Below are positions 47,762 through 56,634 of a stretch of DNA of 64,000 nucleotides, piece after piece. A program made the position numbers and the translations under genes. How positions within the stretch are numbered: position 1 is the stretch's first letter; every line of letters begins with the position of its first letter. Source of the DNA: Planctomycetota bacterium (lineage in GTDB: Bacteria > Planctomycetota > UBA1135 > UBA2386); assembly GCA_965228735.1 (NCBI GenBank), contig OZ245838.1:6944001-7008000 (forward strand), written 5' to 3'. A model generated the notes under the pieces. It was not told where the DNA came from. It saw nothing but the letters and a program-made list of their open reading frames with translations, and did not search any database.

Positions 47762-48574
47762 ATGCCGCCGCCGCGCATTCTCGTCACCGGCTCGACCGGG
47801 TTCCTCGGCCCGTTCGCGGTGCGGGCGCTGCAGGAGCGTGGCTACGAGGTCGTGACGGCGGCGCGTTCGGGTGGCGATGCGGCCGTCGATCTCGCGCAGC
47901 GCGGCAGCGTCGCGGCAGTCGCGGAGGCGCTCGCTCCCGAGTTCGTGCTCAACCTCGCGGCGATGGCGCGCATGACCGAGTGCGAGCAGGACGCCGAACG
48001 GGCGCACGCCGTCAACGTCGAACTCCCGGCGCAGCTGGCGGAGCGCTTCGGCGACCGCCTGCTGCACTGTTCGACCGACATGGTGTTCGACGGCCGCGGC
48101 GCACCTTACGGCGAGGTCGACGGCACCGCGCCGCTGTCGGCCTACGGCATGAGCAAGGCCGCCGGCGAAGAACAGGTGCGCGCCCGCGGCGGCCGCATCG
48201 CGCGCCTGCCCCTGCTCTTCGGCCGCGACGAGAACGGCCGTGGCGCGTCCGAGATGGTGCGTTGCGCGCTCGGATTCGGCCGGGCGCTCACGCTCTACAC
48301 GAACGAGTACCGCACGCCGCTGCACGCCAAGGACGCTGCCCGCGGCCTCGCCGAACTCGTGACCCTGCGCGCCGCGCCGCAGGTGCTGCATCTGCCCGGC
48401 CCCGAACGCTGCTCCCGCTGGGACCTCGGCCGTCGCCTCTGCGCGACCCACGGCCTCGACGCCACCCCGATCCAACCGGCCGAGTGCCAGGACAGCGCGC
48501 GCCCCCGCGACGTCTCATTGACGGGCGAGTGGCGCGCCGAACGCACGCTCGACGAAATGCTCACCGACGCGTGA
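47762..48574 (+). CDS. RmlD-like SDR oxidoreductase
   Basis: LVTGSTGFLG, CEQD...AHAVN, STDMVFDG, YGMSK, EYRTP. Confidence 0.85.
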   Translation: MPPPRILVTGSTGFLGPFAVRALQERGYEVVTAARSGGDAAVDLAQRGSVAAVAEALAPEFVLNLAAMARMTECEQDAERAHAVNVELPAQLAERFGDRLLHCSTDMVFDGRGAPYGEVDGTAPLSAYGMSKAAGEEQVRARGGRIARLPLLFGRDENGRGASEMVRCALGFGRALTLYTNEYRTPLHAKDAARGLAELVTLRAAPQVLHLPGPERCSRWDLGRRLCATHGLDATPIQPAECQDSARPRDVSLTGEWRAERTLDEMLTDA

Positions 48575-48589
48575 CGGAGGCGCGGCCGT

Positions 48590-50863
48590 TCACTTGCGGC
48601 GGCGGCGGTCGAGGCGGGCGCCTTGCGAGCGCTGTTCGTAGTCGGGCAGCACGTAGGCTTCGTCGGGCAGCGCCGCGAGCGCCTGATCGATCTCCTGCAC
48701 CATGTCGGTGAGGTCGGCGGCGGCCGCGCGGGCGCGGAGCTCGTCGCAGTTCTGCAGGCCCGTGCGGCTCAGGCCGTCGACCGCGGAGGTCGCGGCCGGA
48801 TTGATCTCGAACGCGCGCTTCATCGCGGCCCACGCGCCGACGAGGTCGCCGTAGCGCGTCTTGACCGCGCAGATGCCGTGGTGGGCGACGGCGAGGTAGT
48901 GCGTGCTGTCCGTGGCATGCGTGCCCGTCACTTCCTGGTAGTTCTGCAGGTGGGCGATCGCGCGCTCGTATGCCGCGACCGCTTCGGCCGTGCGATTGCG
49001 TGAGCGATGCGCTTCCGCCGCGACGAGCGCCGCGTAGCCCGCGAACCACGGCATCGTCTGCGGCGCCTCGCCGGCCGCGAGCCGCCGTTCGTACTCGGCC
49101 TCGAGCTTCTCCGGGCCGCCCTGCTTCAGCAGGCGCGCGCGCAGCCGTTCGTGCAGCAGCGCCGAGCCGGGGAAGCGCCGCAGGCCGCGATCGAGCACGG
49201 CGTCGGTCTGGGGCGTCCCGAAGAAGTCGAGGAAGTCGTAGTGGTACGCGAAGTGGCGGTCCTGTCCGAGCGGGTGCTTCTCGAGCACGGCGTAGGCCGC
49301 GTGCACGTCCGTCGTCCACTCCGGCGGCCATTCGGCCTGCTGCCGCACGGCCCGGACGATCGCGTTCTGGCGCGCCTCGGCGAACAGCGCGAGGAGCTCC
49401 ATCGCGAGCTGACCGGGCGCGTCCGGCGGCAGCTCGGGCGCCGCCTCGATCGCCAGATCCCACGCGCGCCTCTGGCTGCCCATGCGATTGCTGATGACCG
49501 CGCGGATCGCCGCGAGGCGCCAGCCGGCCGCGCCGGCCTCGGCCGCGGCGCGTGCTTTCTTGCCCGCGTCCTGCAGCAGCATGCGCTGGAAGCGCTGCGC
49601 CTGACGCTGTGCTCCCGGTCCGACGCCCGGCGTCGTCGACAGCGCTTGCAGGAGGCTCGCCTCGGCAACGTCGAGCAACGCTGTGGGATCCTGCGGATTC
49701 TCCGCGAGCTTCGCGTCGCGCTCCGTCGCGATCCTGGCGGCCTCGTCCGTCGTGTAGGCGCCGGAGTAGGCCGCGCCCTCGAGCACGGACTGCCACTTGC
49801 CGGTGTCGATCGCCGACTGCTGACTCGCCAGGCCGCGGTGTGCGGTCGCGAGCGTGCGCGCGCGCGTCGAGTCGCCGGCGAACTTGTCGAGTGCGCCGAC
49901 GAGTCTCTGGCGTTCGTCCTTCGGCAGCTGGGAGCGCAACGTGTCCGCGATGAGCTCGACCGTGCCCGGGTCCTTCGCCGCGGTCATCCCGAGGCGTGCC
50001 TTCTGCGCGAGCTCGGGGTCGGTGCCGTAGGCGGCGAGCCGCAGCAGCTCGACGGGAGCGTCCTCGCCGAGCTCGAGCGCGGCGTCGAGGATCGCCTTCT
50101 TCTGGTCCTGGTCCGCTTCCGCGAACGCCTGCTCCACCTCGGCGCGGTCCGCGCTGTCGCGACTCGCGACCTTCTCGAGCAGCGAACGGTCGCCTTTCAC
50201 GATCGGCTCGGGCTCGATCTCGCGGTCCTTGATGCCGTTGTCGAGCGAGTCGAGCACCGACTTGACGTCCCACGTGTAGAACACGTCGTAGACCTCGCTG
50301 CCGTCGAGTTCGACCATGATGTGGCGCGGCGAGATGCGCTTCCCGTCGAGGAACTTCTCGTAGACGATCGGCTCCATCGCGATGTGCTCGCCGCACGTCA
50401 CGCACCCGAGCCGCGGGCACGGAATGCGGCGGCCCTCGTCGTCGTAGTCGCGCGGGTTGTGGCGATAGACCGACGCGATCACGCACACGTACGGCTCGAA
50501 CAGCTTGCTGATCTCGGGGTCGCGATACCGGATGCCGGCGTAGTGCTCGCTCGCGATCTCGCCGTCCATGTTGACGCAGACGAGGATCGGCTTCTTGGTC
50601 TGTTGCGACAGGCGCACCGCGTCGTCCCAGGTGCGCTGCCACTGGATCGGCACGGGGCGCGCCCAGTCCTGCACTGTTGGCGCCGGCCACATGCGTTCGG
50701 GAACGAGGCCGGCGGGCTGTGGCACGCCTTCCTGCGCCGCGAGGCCCCCACCGGACATTGCAGCGGCCATCAGAGTGGCCATCACGGTGGCCAGCAGAGC
50801 TGCGGCGGTGGTGCGGCCGGAGAGTGTCGGGGACGTGGGCGTTCTGATCATCGGGTCTGGCAT
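48590..50863 (-). CDS. Secreted protein with thioredoxin-like N-domain, Cys cluster and HEAT/TPR helices
   Basis: Signal peptide, WQRTWDDA...KPILVCVNMD, CPRLGCVTCGEH, helical C-terminus. Start codon is uncertain. Confidence 0.7.
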   Translation of the reverse strand: MPDPMIRTPTSPTLSGRTTAAALLATVMATLMAAAMSGGGLAAQEGVPQPAGLVPERMWPAPTVQDWARPVPIQWQRTWDDAVRLSQQTKKPILVCVNMDGEIASEHYAGIRYRDPEISKLFEPYVCVIASVYRHNPRDYDDEGRRIPCPRLGCVTCGEHIAMEPIVYEKFLDGKRISPRHIMVELDGSEVYDVFYTWDVKSVLDSLDNGIKDREIEPEPIVKGDRSLLEKVASRDSADRAEVEQAFAEADQDQKKAILDAALELGEDAPVELLRLAAYGTDPELAQKARLGMTAAKDPGTVELIADTLRSQLPKDERQRLVGALDKFAGDSTRARTLATAHRGLASQQSAIDTGKWQSVLEGAAYSGAYTTDEAARIATERDAKLAENPQDPTALLDVAEASLLQALSTTPGVGPGAQRQAQRFQRMLLQDAGKKARAAAEAGAAGWRLAAIRAVISNRMGSQRRAWDLAIEAAPELPPDAPGQLAMELLALFAEARQNAIVRAVRQQAEWPPEWTTDVHAAYAVLEKHPLGQDRHFAYHYDFLDFFGTPQTDAVLDRGLRRFPGSALLHERLRARLLKQGGPEKLEAEYERRLAAGEAPQTMPWFAGYAALVAAEAHRSRNRTAEAVAAYERAIAHLQNYQEVTGTHATDSTHYLAVAHHGICAVKTRYGDLVGAWAAMKRAFEINPAATSAVDGLSRTGLQNCDELRARAAAADLTDMVQEIDQALAALPDEAYVLPDYEQRSQGARLDRRRRK

Positions 50864-51076
50864 CTGGAAGCGCTCCAACGATAGCGACGGGTCGGCCGCG
50901 CGGCAGCCCGGGTGGGTCGCAATCCCGTCAGATCGAGGTCCCGGGCGAAAGGCCTGCGGACGGTCGTGATTTCCCGGAATCGGCATCGTTTCGCCGCGGC
51001 CTCGCTACACGAAGGTGGCGGCGGCCGCTGGCAGAGTCGTCGCCGTTTCATCGAGTCTGTTTCGGAGGTCGAGAGG

Positions 51077-51814
51077 ATGCGTTTTCTTCAGGACGTTTCG
51101 GTTGCGGTCGCAATGGTGGCGGGTGGTTCGGCGGTGGCGCAGGCGGTGACGGCGACGCCGTCGTACGAGGTGCCGCAGACCGAGCTGAAGTGGGAGCTGC
51201 TGAAGCCGCTCAAGTTCGACGATGCGAGCGTCGTCGAGATCCGGTTCAGCGGGCGGCCCGAGGGCTCGGAGTGCTCCGGCAAGGCCGGTCCCGCCGGTGA
51301 CGCCGAACCGGGCCCGGACCTCAAGGACGAGTTCGACGAGGACTGCGCGATGGGGTGGGTGCTGCACGTGCCGAACGCGGAGGACGCGATCGGCATGGCG
51401 CAGGTCTCGGGCTCCGTGGTTGCCGACATCGAGCAGGGCATCGGCAACGCGGCGGTCGGCGCGCGCGCGACGGGCAGCGTCAGCTACGCCGGCGTGCAGG
51501 CCGAGGCGACCGACCAGCAGTCGATCGCGATCGCTTCGGATGCCGCTCCGATCGGCGTCGGGGGCTCGGTGCAGATCATGGGCTCGGGCGCGGGGTTCTC
51601 GATCACCGTGACGCCCGATCGCCCGACGGCGCAGCGGCAGCGGCTCGCCGACGTCGACTCCAAGGGTTGGCGGCCGGCCAACTCGGCGACCGTTCTGCTC
51701 GAGGCCGTCACGGTCGGCAACATCAACCTGCAGGTCGGACCCGACGGCATGGCCTGCAAGGGTGAGGTCGCGGGTGAGGCCATGGCGGGCGCCTACGTGG
51801 CGTTCCGGCGGTAG
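51077..51814 (+). CDS. Secreted hypothetical protein
   Basis: GGAGG/GAGAGG upstream and signal peptide ending AVA-Q. Confidence 0.7.
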   Translation: MRFLQDVSVAVAMVAGGSAVAQAVTATPSYEVPQTELKWELLKPLKFDDASVVEIRFSGRPEGSECSGKAGPAGDAEPGPDLKDEFDEDCAMGWVLHVPNAEDAIGMAQVSGSVVADIEQGIGNAAVGARATGSVSYAGVQAEATDQQSIAIASDAAPIGVGGSVQIMGSGAGFSITVTPDRPTAQRQRLADVDSKGWRPANSATVLLEAVTVGNINLQVGPDGMACKGEVAGEAMAGAYVAFRR

Positions 51815-51847
51815 GGACCGGAATCCCGCAACGGAGCCCGAACCGCG

Positions 51848-53281
51848 ATGCGAACAGCACGAGCGAGTTGGTCGGTGGCTCTCGGAGTCGCCGTTCTCGG
51901 GGCGCTCGGTGGCGCCCTGCTGGCGTTCTGGCCGACGGCCGGTGCGTCGGCCGTCGGCGAACCCGTCGCGAGCGGGGCGCGCGGAACGTCGACCGCGGCT
52001 GCAACCGTTGCAGCAGGCGGCGATGCCCTTGCCCCGGCAGTCGGGGTGCGCGAACGCGCGGTGGTGCCGCCGAGCCTGCGGCTCGTGACCAGGTCCGGGG
52101 TGACCGTGCCGGACGGCGCGGTCGAGCTGCGAGTCGGCGAGGGCGCCGACGTGCGGGTGATCGCCGCCACGCTGCTCGACTCCGAGGTCGTTGCGCCGGT
52201 CGATCTGCCGGTCGGGCCCGCGGTCGTGGCGTCGGCGGCCGAGCCACCGACGTTCGCCGACGTCGCCACCGAGTTGCAGAGCGGTGGGTGCGACGTGGTC
52301 GTCGTGCCGGTCGGGCGATTGCGGCTCCGCTGCGTCGATCTCGCTGGCCACGCGACCTCGCGTCATCGGCACGGCCTCGAGCTGCGGGCGATCGCGGCGA
52401 CGACGGTCGAGCGGTCGTCGCGCGGGCGCGCGCGCGACGGGGCGGCCGTGACGCGGGCGTTACGCGAGGCGGACTCGGCGGCGCTGCAGGACGGCGGTGT
52501 CGTGCCCGTCGACGCATCGGTGTGTGTGTTTGCCGCGGCGCGGAGCGTCGTGCGCATCGAGCCGCCGCACGGCAGCTGGTACGGCGTCGGGTTCGAGACC
52601 GACGGGTCGGTCGGTGCTCGAGCGCCGACCGTCGGCGGGGCGCGGTCGCCCGTCTCCGCGCCGATCGCGGGCGCCCCGGGCGAAGTGGTGGAGGTTCGTG
52701 TCGTGCTGGCCGAGCCCGGTGCGATCGAGGTGCGGTTGGATGGTTGGCCGACGGGCGCGACCGGGGTCACCGTGCGGCGTGAGGGGTTGGCTGGCGTCGA
52801 CGGCGCCTCCAACTCGTGGAGCATCGCGGCGGAGCGCCAGCTCGACGCGCGAGGGGGCGACGAGGTGCGGTTCGTCGACCTGGTGCCGGGACGCTATCGC
52901 GTGGACGCGGCGTGCCGGTCGGGTCGCGAAGTCACGTGTGCGTTGCTCGTGACGAGGGTCGAAGCCGGCGGCACCGCGGTGGTCGTGCTCGCGGACGGCA
53001 CCGGTCCGCACGAGGTGCGATTGCGGCGCGACGCGGGCCGATCGAGCGGGCAGCTCCTGCTCGCGATGAGTCCACCGAGGCCGCCTGGCGGCGACTCGCG
53101 CCGCCCGCCCCACACACCGGCGCTCACGGTCACGCTGCCGTTCCGCGACTGGGAGCCGGGCGAGTCGCTCACGATTCGCGGGCTGTGGCAGACCCGCGGC
53201 ACGGCCCACTGGTTCGACCGCGGCACGATGCCACGCGTCGAGTTCGATCTCGCGCGGGGCGTGAGCTGGGCCTTGCAATGA
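51848..53281 (+). CDS. Membrane-anchored hypothetical protein (beta-sandwich-like)
   Basis: N-terminal TM, FVDLVPGRYRV motif, co-oriented with the upstream gene. Confidence 0.6.
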   Translation: MRTARASWSVALGVAVLGALGGALLAFWPTAGASAVGEPVASGARGTSTAAATVAAGGDALAPAVGVRERAVVPPSLRLVTRSGVTVPDGAVELRVGEGADVRVIAATLLDSEVVAPVDLPVGPAVVASAAEPPTFADVATELQSGGCDVVVVPVGRLRLRCVDLAGHATSRHRHGLELRAIAATTVERSSRGRARDGAAVTRALREADSAALQDGGVVPVDASVCVFAAARSVVRIEPPHGSWYGVGFETDGSVGARAPTVGGARSPVSAPIAGAPGEVVEVRVVLAEPGAIEVRLDGWPTGATGVTVRREGLAGVDGASNSWSIAAERQLDARGGDEVRFVDLVPGRYRVDAACRSGREVTCALLVTRVEAGGTAVVVLADGTGPHEVRLRRDAGRSSGQLLLAMSPPRPPGGDSRRPPHTPALTVTLPFRDWEPGESLTIRGLWQTRGTAHWFDRGTMPRVEFDLARGVSWALQ

Positions 53282-53308
53282 CGCGGCCCCAGCCCGCTTC
53301 GACGACCG

Positions 53309-53704
53309 TCACCGCACGGACGCGTCGACCGCATCCATGGCGCGCACGACGTCACGGGCCCGCAGCGCGATGTCGCGGTCCTCGTGGTTGATGAGGAGTT
53401 CGACATCCGCGCGAATGCGGCGGGCCGGGGACGCGAGTTCGAGCAGGAACGCGAGGGCGCGGCGCATCCGCTCGCGATCGCCGCTCCGCAGCGCCTCGAG
53501 GTTGAGCGTGACGTCCAGGTCCGGCGTCACGGACGTCGATGCCGTCAGGCGCATGAACCACTCGATCGGTCCGAGCAGGCAGCCGAGCGGGCGGCGTCGC
53601 TCGATGCAGGGATAGGGCGTGCCGCAGACCGGGCAGTAGACGCATCCCGCGCGGCGCTCGTGTTCGCAGCCGGTCGCCGTCGGGTGGTCGTGGTCGGTCG
53701 GCAT
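53309..53704 (-). CDS. Small protein with a zinc ribbon and a HEAT-like repeat
   Basis: CEH...YCPVCGTP and ALRSGDRERMRRAL...LINHEDRDIALRA. Confidence 0.6.
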   Translation of the reverse strand: MPTDHDHPTATGCEHERRAGCVYCPVCGTPYPCIERRRPLGCLLGPIEWFMRLTASTSVTPDLDVTLNLEALRSGDRERMRRALAFLLELASPARRIRADVELLINHEDRDIALRARDVVRAMDAVDASVR

Positions 53705-53738
53705 CGTCGTCCTGAGCGAGTGCGATGGCGTGGCCGCA

Positions 53739-55079
53739 CTATTGCGGGAGGCCGCCGCCCTGGCCGCGCAGGACATCCGTGGCGACGCCGCGTTGGCGCG
53801 CGATCGTCGTCGCGTCGCCGTCGACGAGCACCTCGACCGGCGTCGGGTGACTCAGGAAGCCGGTCGGGCTGTAGCTCGAGCCGTAGGCTCCGGCGTGCAG
53901 CACCGCGATCAGATCACCGGCCTGGAGCTTCGGCAACTCGACCGCCTTGCCGAACTCGTCGGCGGGCGTGCATAGCGGACCGCCGATCGTGACAAGTTCA
54001 CGACCGGACCCGTTCCCGTCGGTCCCGCGCACGTCGGTCGCGTGCACGAGCAGTGGGGGGCGTCGCAAGACGGCGCCGAGGCCCGCCGCCACGGCGCAAT
54101 GGTGCATGCCGCCGTCGATGACGACGTGCTGCCGATCGCCGCTCCGCTTGGTTCGCACGACGCGCGCGACGTAGACGCCGGCCGGCGCGACGAGATAGCG
54201 TCCGAGCTCGACGAACCAGCGGCGGCCGGGACGGTCGTGCACGGCGAGGATCTCCTGCACGCCGCGCCCCGCAGCGGCGAGGTCGAACTCGGGGTCGCCC
54301 GCGTAGGTCGCGATGCCGAAGCCGCCGCCGAGGTCGATCTCATCGAGCGGGACCCCGAGGTCGCGTTCCCAGGTGGCGGCGCGATCCGTGAGCAGGCGGG
54401 CGTGGGCCACGAACGACTCGGCCTCGAAGCCCTGGGTCCCGGCGTAGACGTGCAGGCCGCGAGCGCTGAGTCGCGGCGCGTCGACGATCGCGCGCAGCGC
54501 GACGGGCACCTGATCCTCGTCGATACCGAAGCGGCTGCTCTTGCCGCTCATGCGCATGCGCGAGCCCTGCAGTTCGTGCGGCAGATTGACGCGCACGGCG
54601 ACGCCGACCTCGCGATCGTGCCGCGCGGCTGCTGCCGCGACGAGTTCGATCTCGTCGAGCGACTCGACGTGGAAGTAGCCGAGGCCGAGCTCGACCGCGG
54701 CGTCCACCTCGGCCGCCGTCTTGCCCGGACCCGCGAAGCGCAGCTCCGCCGCGGCGTGACCCGCGGCCAGGGCGACGTGCAGTTCGCCGAGCGACGCGAC
54801 CTCCGCGCCGACGCCGCGCTGGCGCAGGCGCTCGGCGACGGCGACGAGCGGATTGCTCTTGATCGAGAACAGCAGCTCGACGCGCGGCCCGAGTGCCGTG
54901 CGGACGGCCGCGACGCGCCGATCGAACGCGCCAGCGTCGTAGAAGTAGCCAGGCGTGCCGAACTCCGCGGCGAGTTCGCGGACGCTGCGATTGCCGACGT
55001 GCAGCTCCGCGGAATCCGGGCCGTCGACCGACAGCCCTCGCAGGGCCCGGTCGCAGTCCGCGGCGTAGTCGGCACTCAT
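53739..55079 (-). CDS. Type III PLP-dependent decarboxylase (LysA/BtrK-like)
   Basis: FSIKSNP, EVASLGE, GPGKT, SRFGI, HVYAGTQ, DLGGG, ELGRY, GPLCTPAD, AGAYG. Confidence 0.88.
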   Translation of the reverse strand: MSADYAADCDRALRGLSVDGPDSAELHVGNRSVRELAAEFGTPGYFYDAGAFDRRVAAVRTALGPRVELLFSIKSNPLVAVAERLRQRGVGAEVASLGELHVALAAGHAAAELRFAGPGKTAAEVDAAVELGLGYFHVESLDEIELVAAAAARHDREVGVAVRVNLPHELQGSRMRMSGKSSRFGIDEDQVPVALRAIVDAPRLSARGLHVYAGTQGFEAESFVAHARLLTDRAATWERDLGVPLDEIDLGGGFGIATYAGDPEFDLAAAGRGVQEILAVHDRPGRRWFVELGRYLVAPAGVYVARVVRTKRSGDRQHVVIDGGMHHCAVAAGLGAVLRRPPLLVHATDVRGTDGNGSGRELVTIGGPLCTPADEFGKAVELPKLQAGDLIAVLHAGAYGSSYSPTGFLSHPTPVEVLVDGDATTIARQRGVATDVLRGQGGGLPQ

Positions 55080-55110
55080 GGGCGGGATCATGCCGGAGGG
55101 GGCGCCCGTT

Positions 55111-55166
55111 CGCCCAATTCCTTCGGCCCAGTTCCTTCCGCCCGATTCCTTCCGCCCGTTTCCTTC
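55111..55166. repeat. 4 x 14-bp tandem repeat in a divergent promoter region
   Basis: CGCCCAATTCCTTC GGCCCAGTTCCTTC CGCCCGATTCCTTC CGCCCGTTTCCTTC. Confidence 0.85.
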
Positions 55167-55200
55167 CTAGGGGCGTTCGCGCATGCGATCATCCAGCGCG

Positions 55201-55620
55201 ATGACCGGTTCTCCGATCGACGACGAGGCGCTGGCGCGGCTCGCGGCGGCCGCGCGGCAGGTGCAGGCCAACGCCTACGCGCCGGCTTCGCGGTTCCGGG
55301 TCGGCGCCGCGGTGCTGACGGCCGACGGCCAGCAGTTCGTCGGCTGCAACGTCGAGAACGCGAGCTACGGCCTCACGGTCTGTGCCGAACGATCCGCGGT
55401 CAGCGCGGCCGTCGCGGCCGGCGCGCGCGAGCTGGTCGCGGTCGCCGTGGTCACGGATCTCGACGATCCGGGCCGGCCGTGCGGCGCCTGCCGGCAGGTG
55501 CTCGCCGAGTTCGGCCCGACGATGCGCGTGGTGTTGCTCGGCAACGGTGCTTCCCGGATCGACACGAGCCTCGACGTGCTGCTCCCGGACCCGTTCACGT
55601 TCGACGGACTCGGAAGTTAG
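55201..55620 (+). CDS. cdd: Cytidine deaminase
   Basis: AYAP.S.FRVGAA, GCNVENASYGLTVCAERSA, PCGACRQ. Confidence 0.95.
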   Translation: MTGSPIDDEALARLAAAARQVQANAYAPASRFRVGAAVLTADGQQFVGCNVENASYGLTVCAERSAVSAAVAAGARELVAVAVVTDLDDPGRPCGACRQVLAEFGPTMRVVLLGNGASRIDTSLDVLLPDPFTFDGLGS

Positions 55621-55689
55621 ACCGTCGGCGCGCCGTTCTCCGGCGCGCTGTCGACACGACCGCGCACGGGTGGCACGATCGCAGGTTCG

Positions 55690-56604
55690 ATGTCCCGTTC
55701 TTCGACCCCCGTCGAGTTCCGTGTGCCGCCCGTCGACGCGGTCGCGCTCGAGACGCGCGCGCAGGCGCTCGCGACCCGCTCGATCAAGAAGCAGGCCAAG
55801 ATCGACGGGCTGCGGTTCGCGATCTCGATGATGGACCTGACGACGCTCGAGGGCATGGACTCGCCGGGCAAGGTGCGGCAGCTGTGCCAGAAGGCGATGC
55901 GGCCGTTGCCCGGTGCTGGTGGCGTCGACGTACCGGCGTGCGCCGCGGTCTGCGTCTACCCGGATCTCGTGCGCGAGGCGGTCGCCGCGGTGGGCACGAG
56001 CGGGGTCGCCGTCGCGTCGGTCGCGACCGGCTTCCCGGCCGGGCGCATCGATCTCGCGTTCAAGCTCGCGGAGGTCGAACGGGCGGTGGCGGACGGTGCG
56101 ACCGAGATCGACATGGTGATCGACCGCGGCGCGTTCCTCAGCGGGCGCTACGGCGACGTCTACGAGGAGATCTGCGCGACCAAGGCGGCGTGCGGGCCGG
56201 CGCACCTCAAGGTCATCCTCGAGACCGGTGAGCTCAGGACCTACGACAACATCCGCCGCGCGTGTCGCATCGCGCTGCTCGCGGGTGCCGACTTCATCAA
56301 GACCAGCACGGGCAAGGTCAAGCCGGCGAGCACGCTGCCCGTCGTGCTGCTGATGCTCGAGGCCGTCCGCGATCACTTCCTCGAGACGGGCACGATCGTC
56401 GGGGTGAAGGCCGCCGGTGGGATCCGCACGAGCAAGGACGCGCTGCGCTACCTCGTGCTCGTGAACGAGACGTGCGGCGATCGCTGGATGACGCCGGACC
56501 ATTTCCGCTTCGGAGCCAGTTCGCTGCTCAACGACGTGCTGATGCAGCTCGAGAAGGAACGCACCGGCAGCTACCAGCGACCCGTCGACTTCAGCGCGGA
56601 CTGA
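55690..56604 (+). CDS. deoC: Deoxyribose-phosphate aldolase
   Basis: DLTTLEG, AAVCVYP, EIDMVI, LKVILETGEL, ADFIKTSTGK, GVKAAGGIR, FRFGASSLL. Confidence 0.95.
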   Translation: MSRSSTPVEFRVPPVDAVALETRAQALATRSIKKQAKIDGLRFAISMMDLTTLEGMDSPGKVRQLCQKAMRPLPGAGGVDVPACAAVCVYPDLVREAVAAVGTSGVAVASVATGFPAGRIDLAFKLAEVERAVADGATEIDMVIDRGAFLSGRYGDVYEEICATKAACGPAHLKVILETGELRTYDNIRRACRIALLAGADFIKTSTGKVKPASTLPVVLLMLEAVRDHFLETGTIVGVKAAGGIRTSKDALRYLVLVNETCGDRWMTPDHFRFGASSLLNDVLMQLEKERTGSYQRPVDFSAD

Positions 56605-56634
56605 CCGCGGTCGCCGATACCTACGAGACGAATC

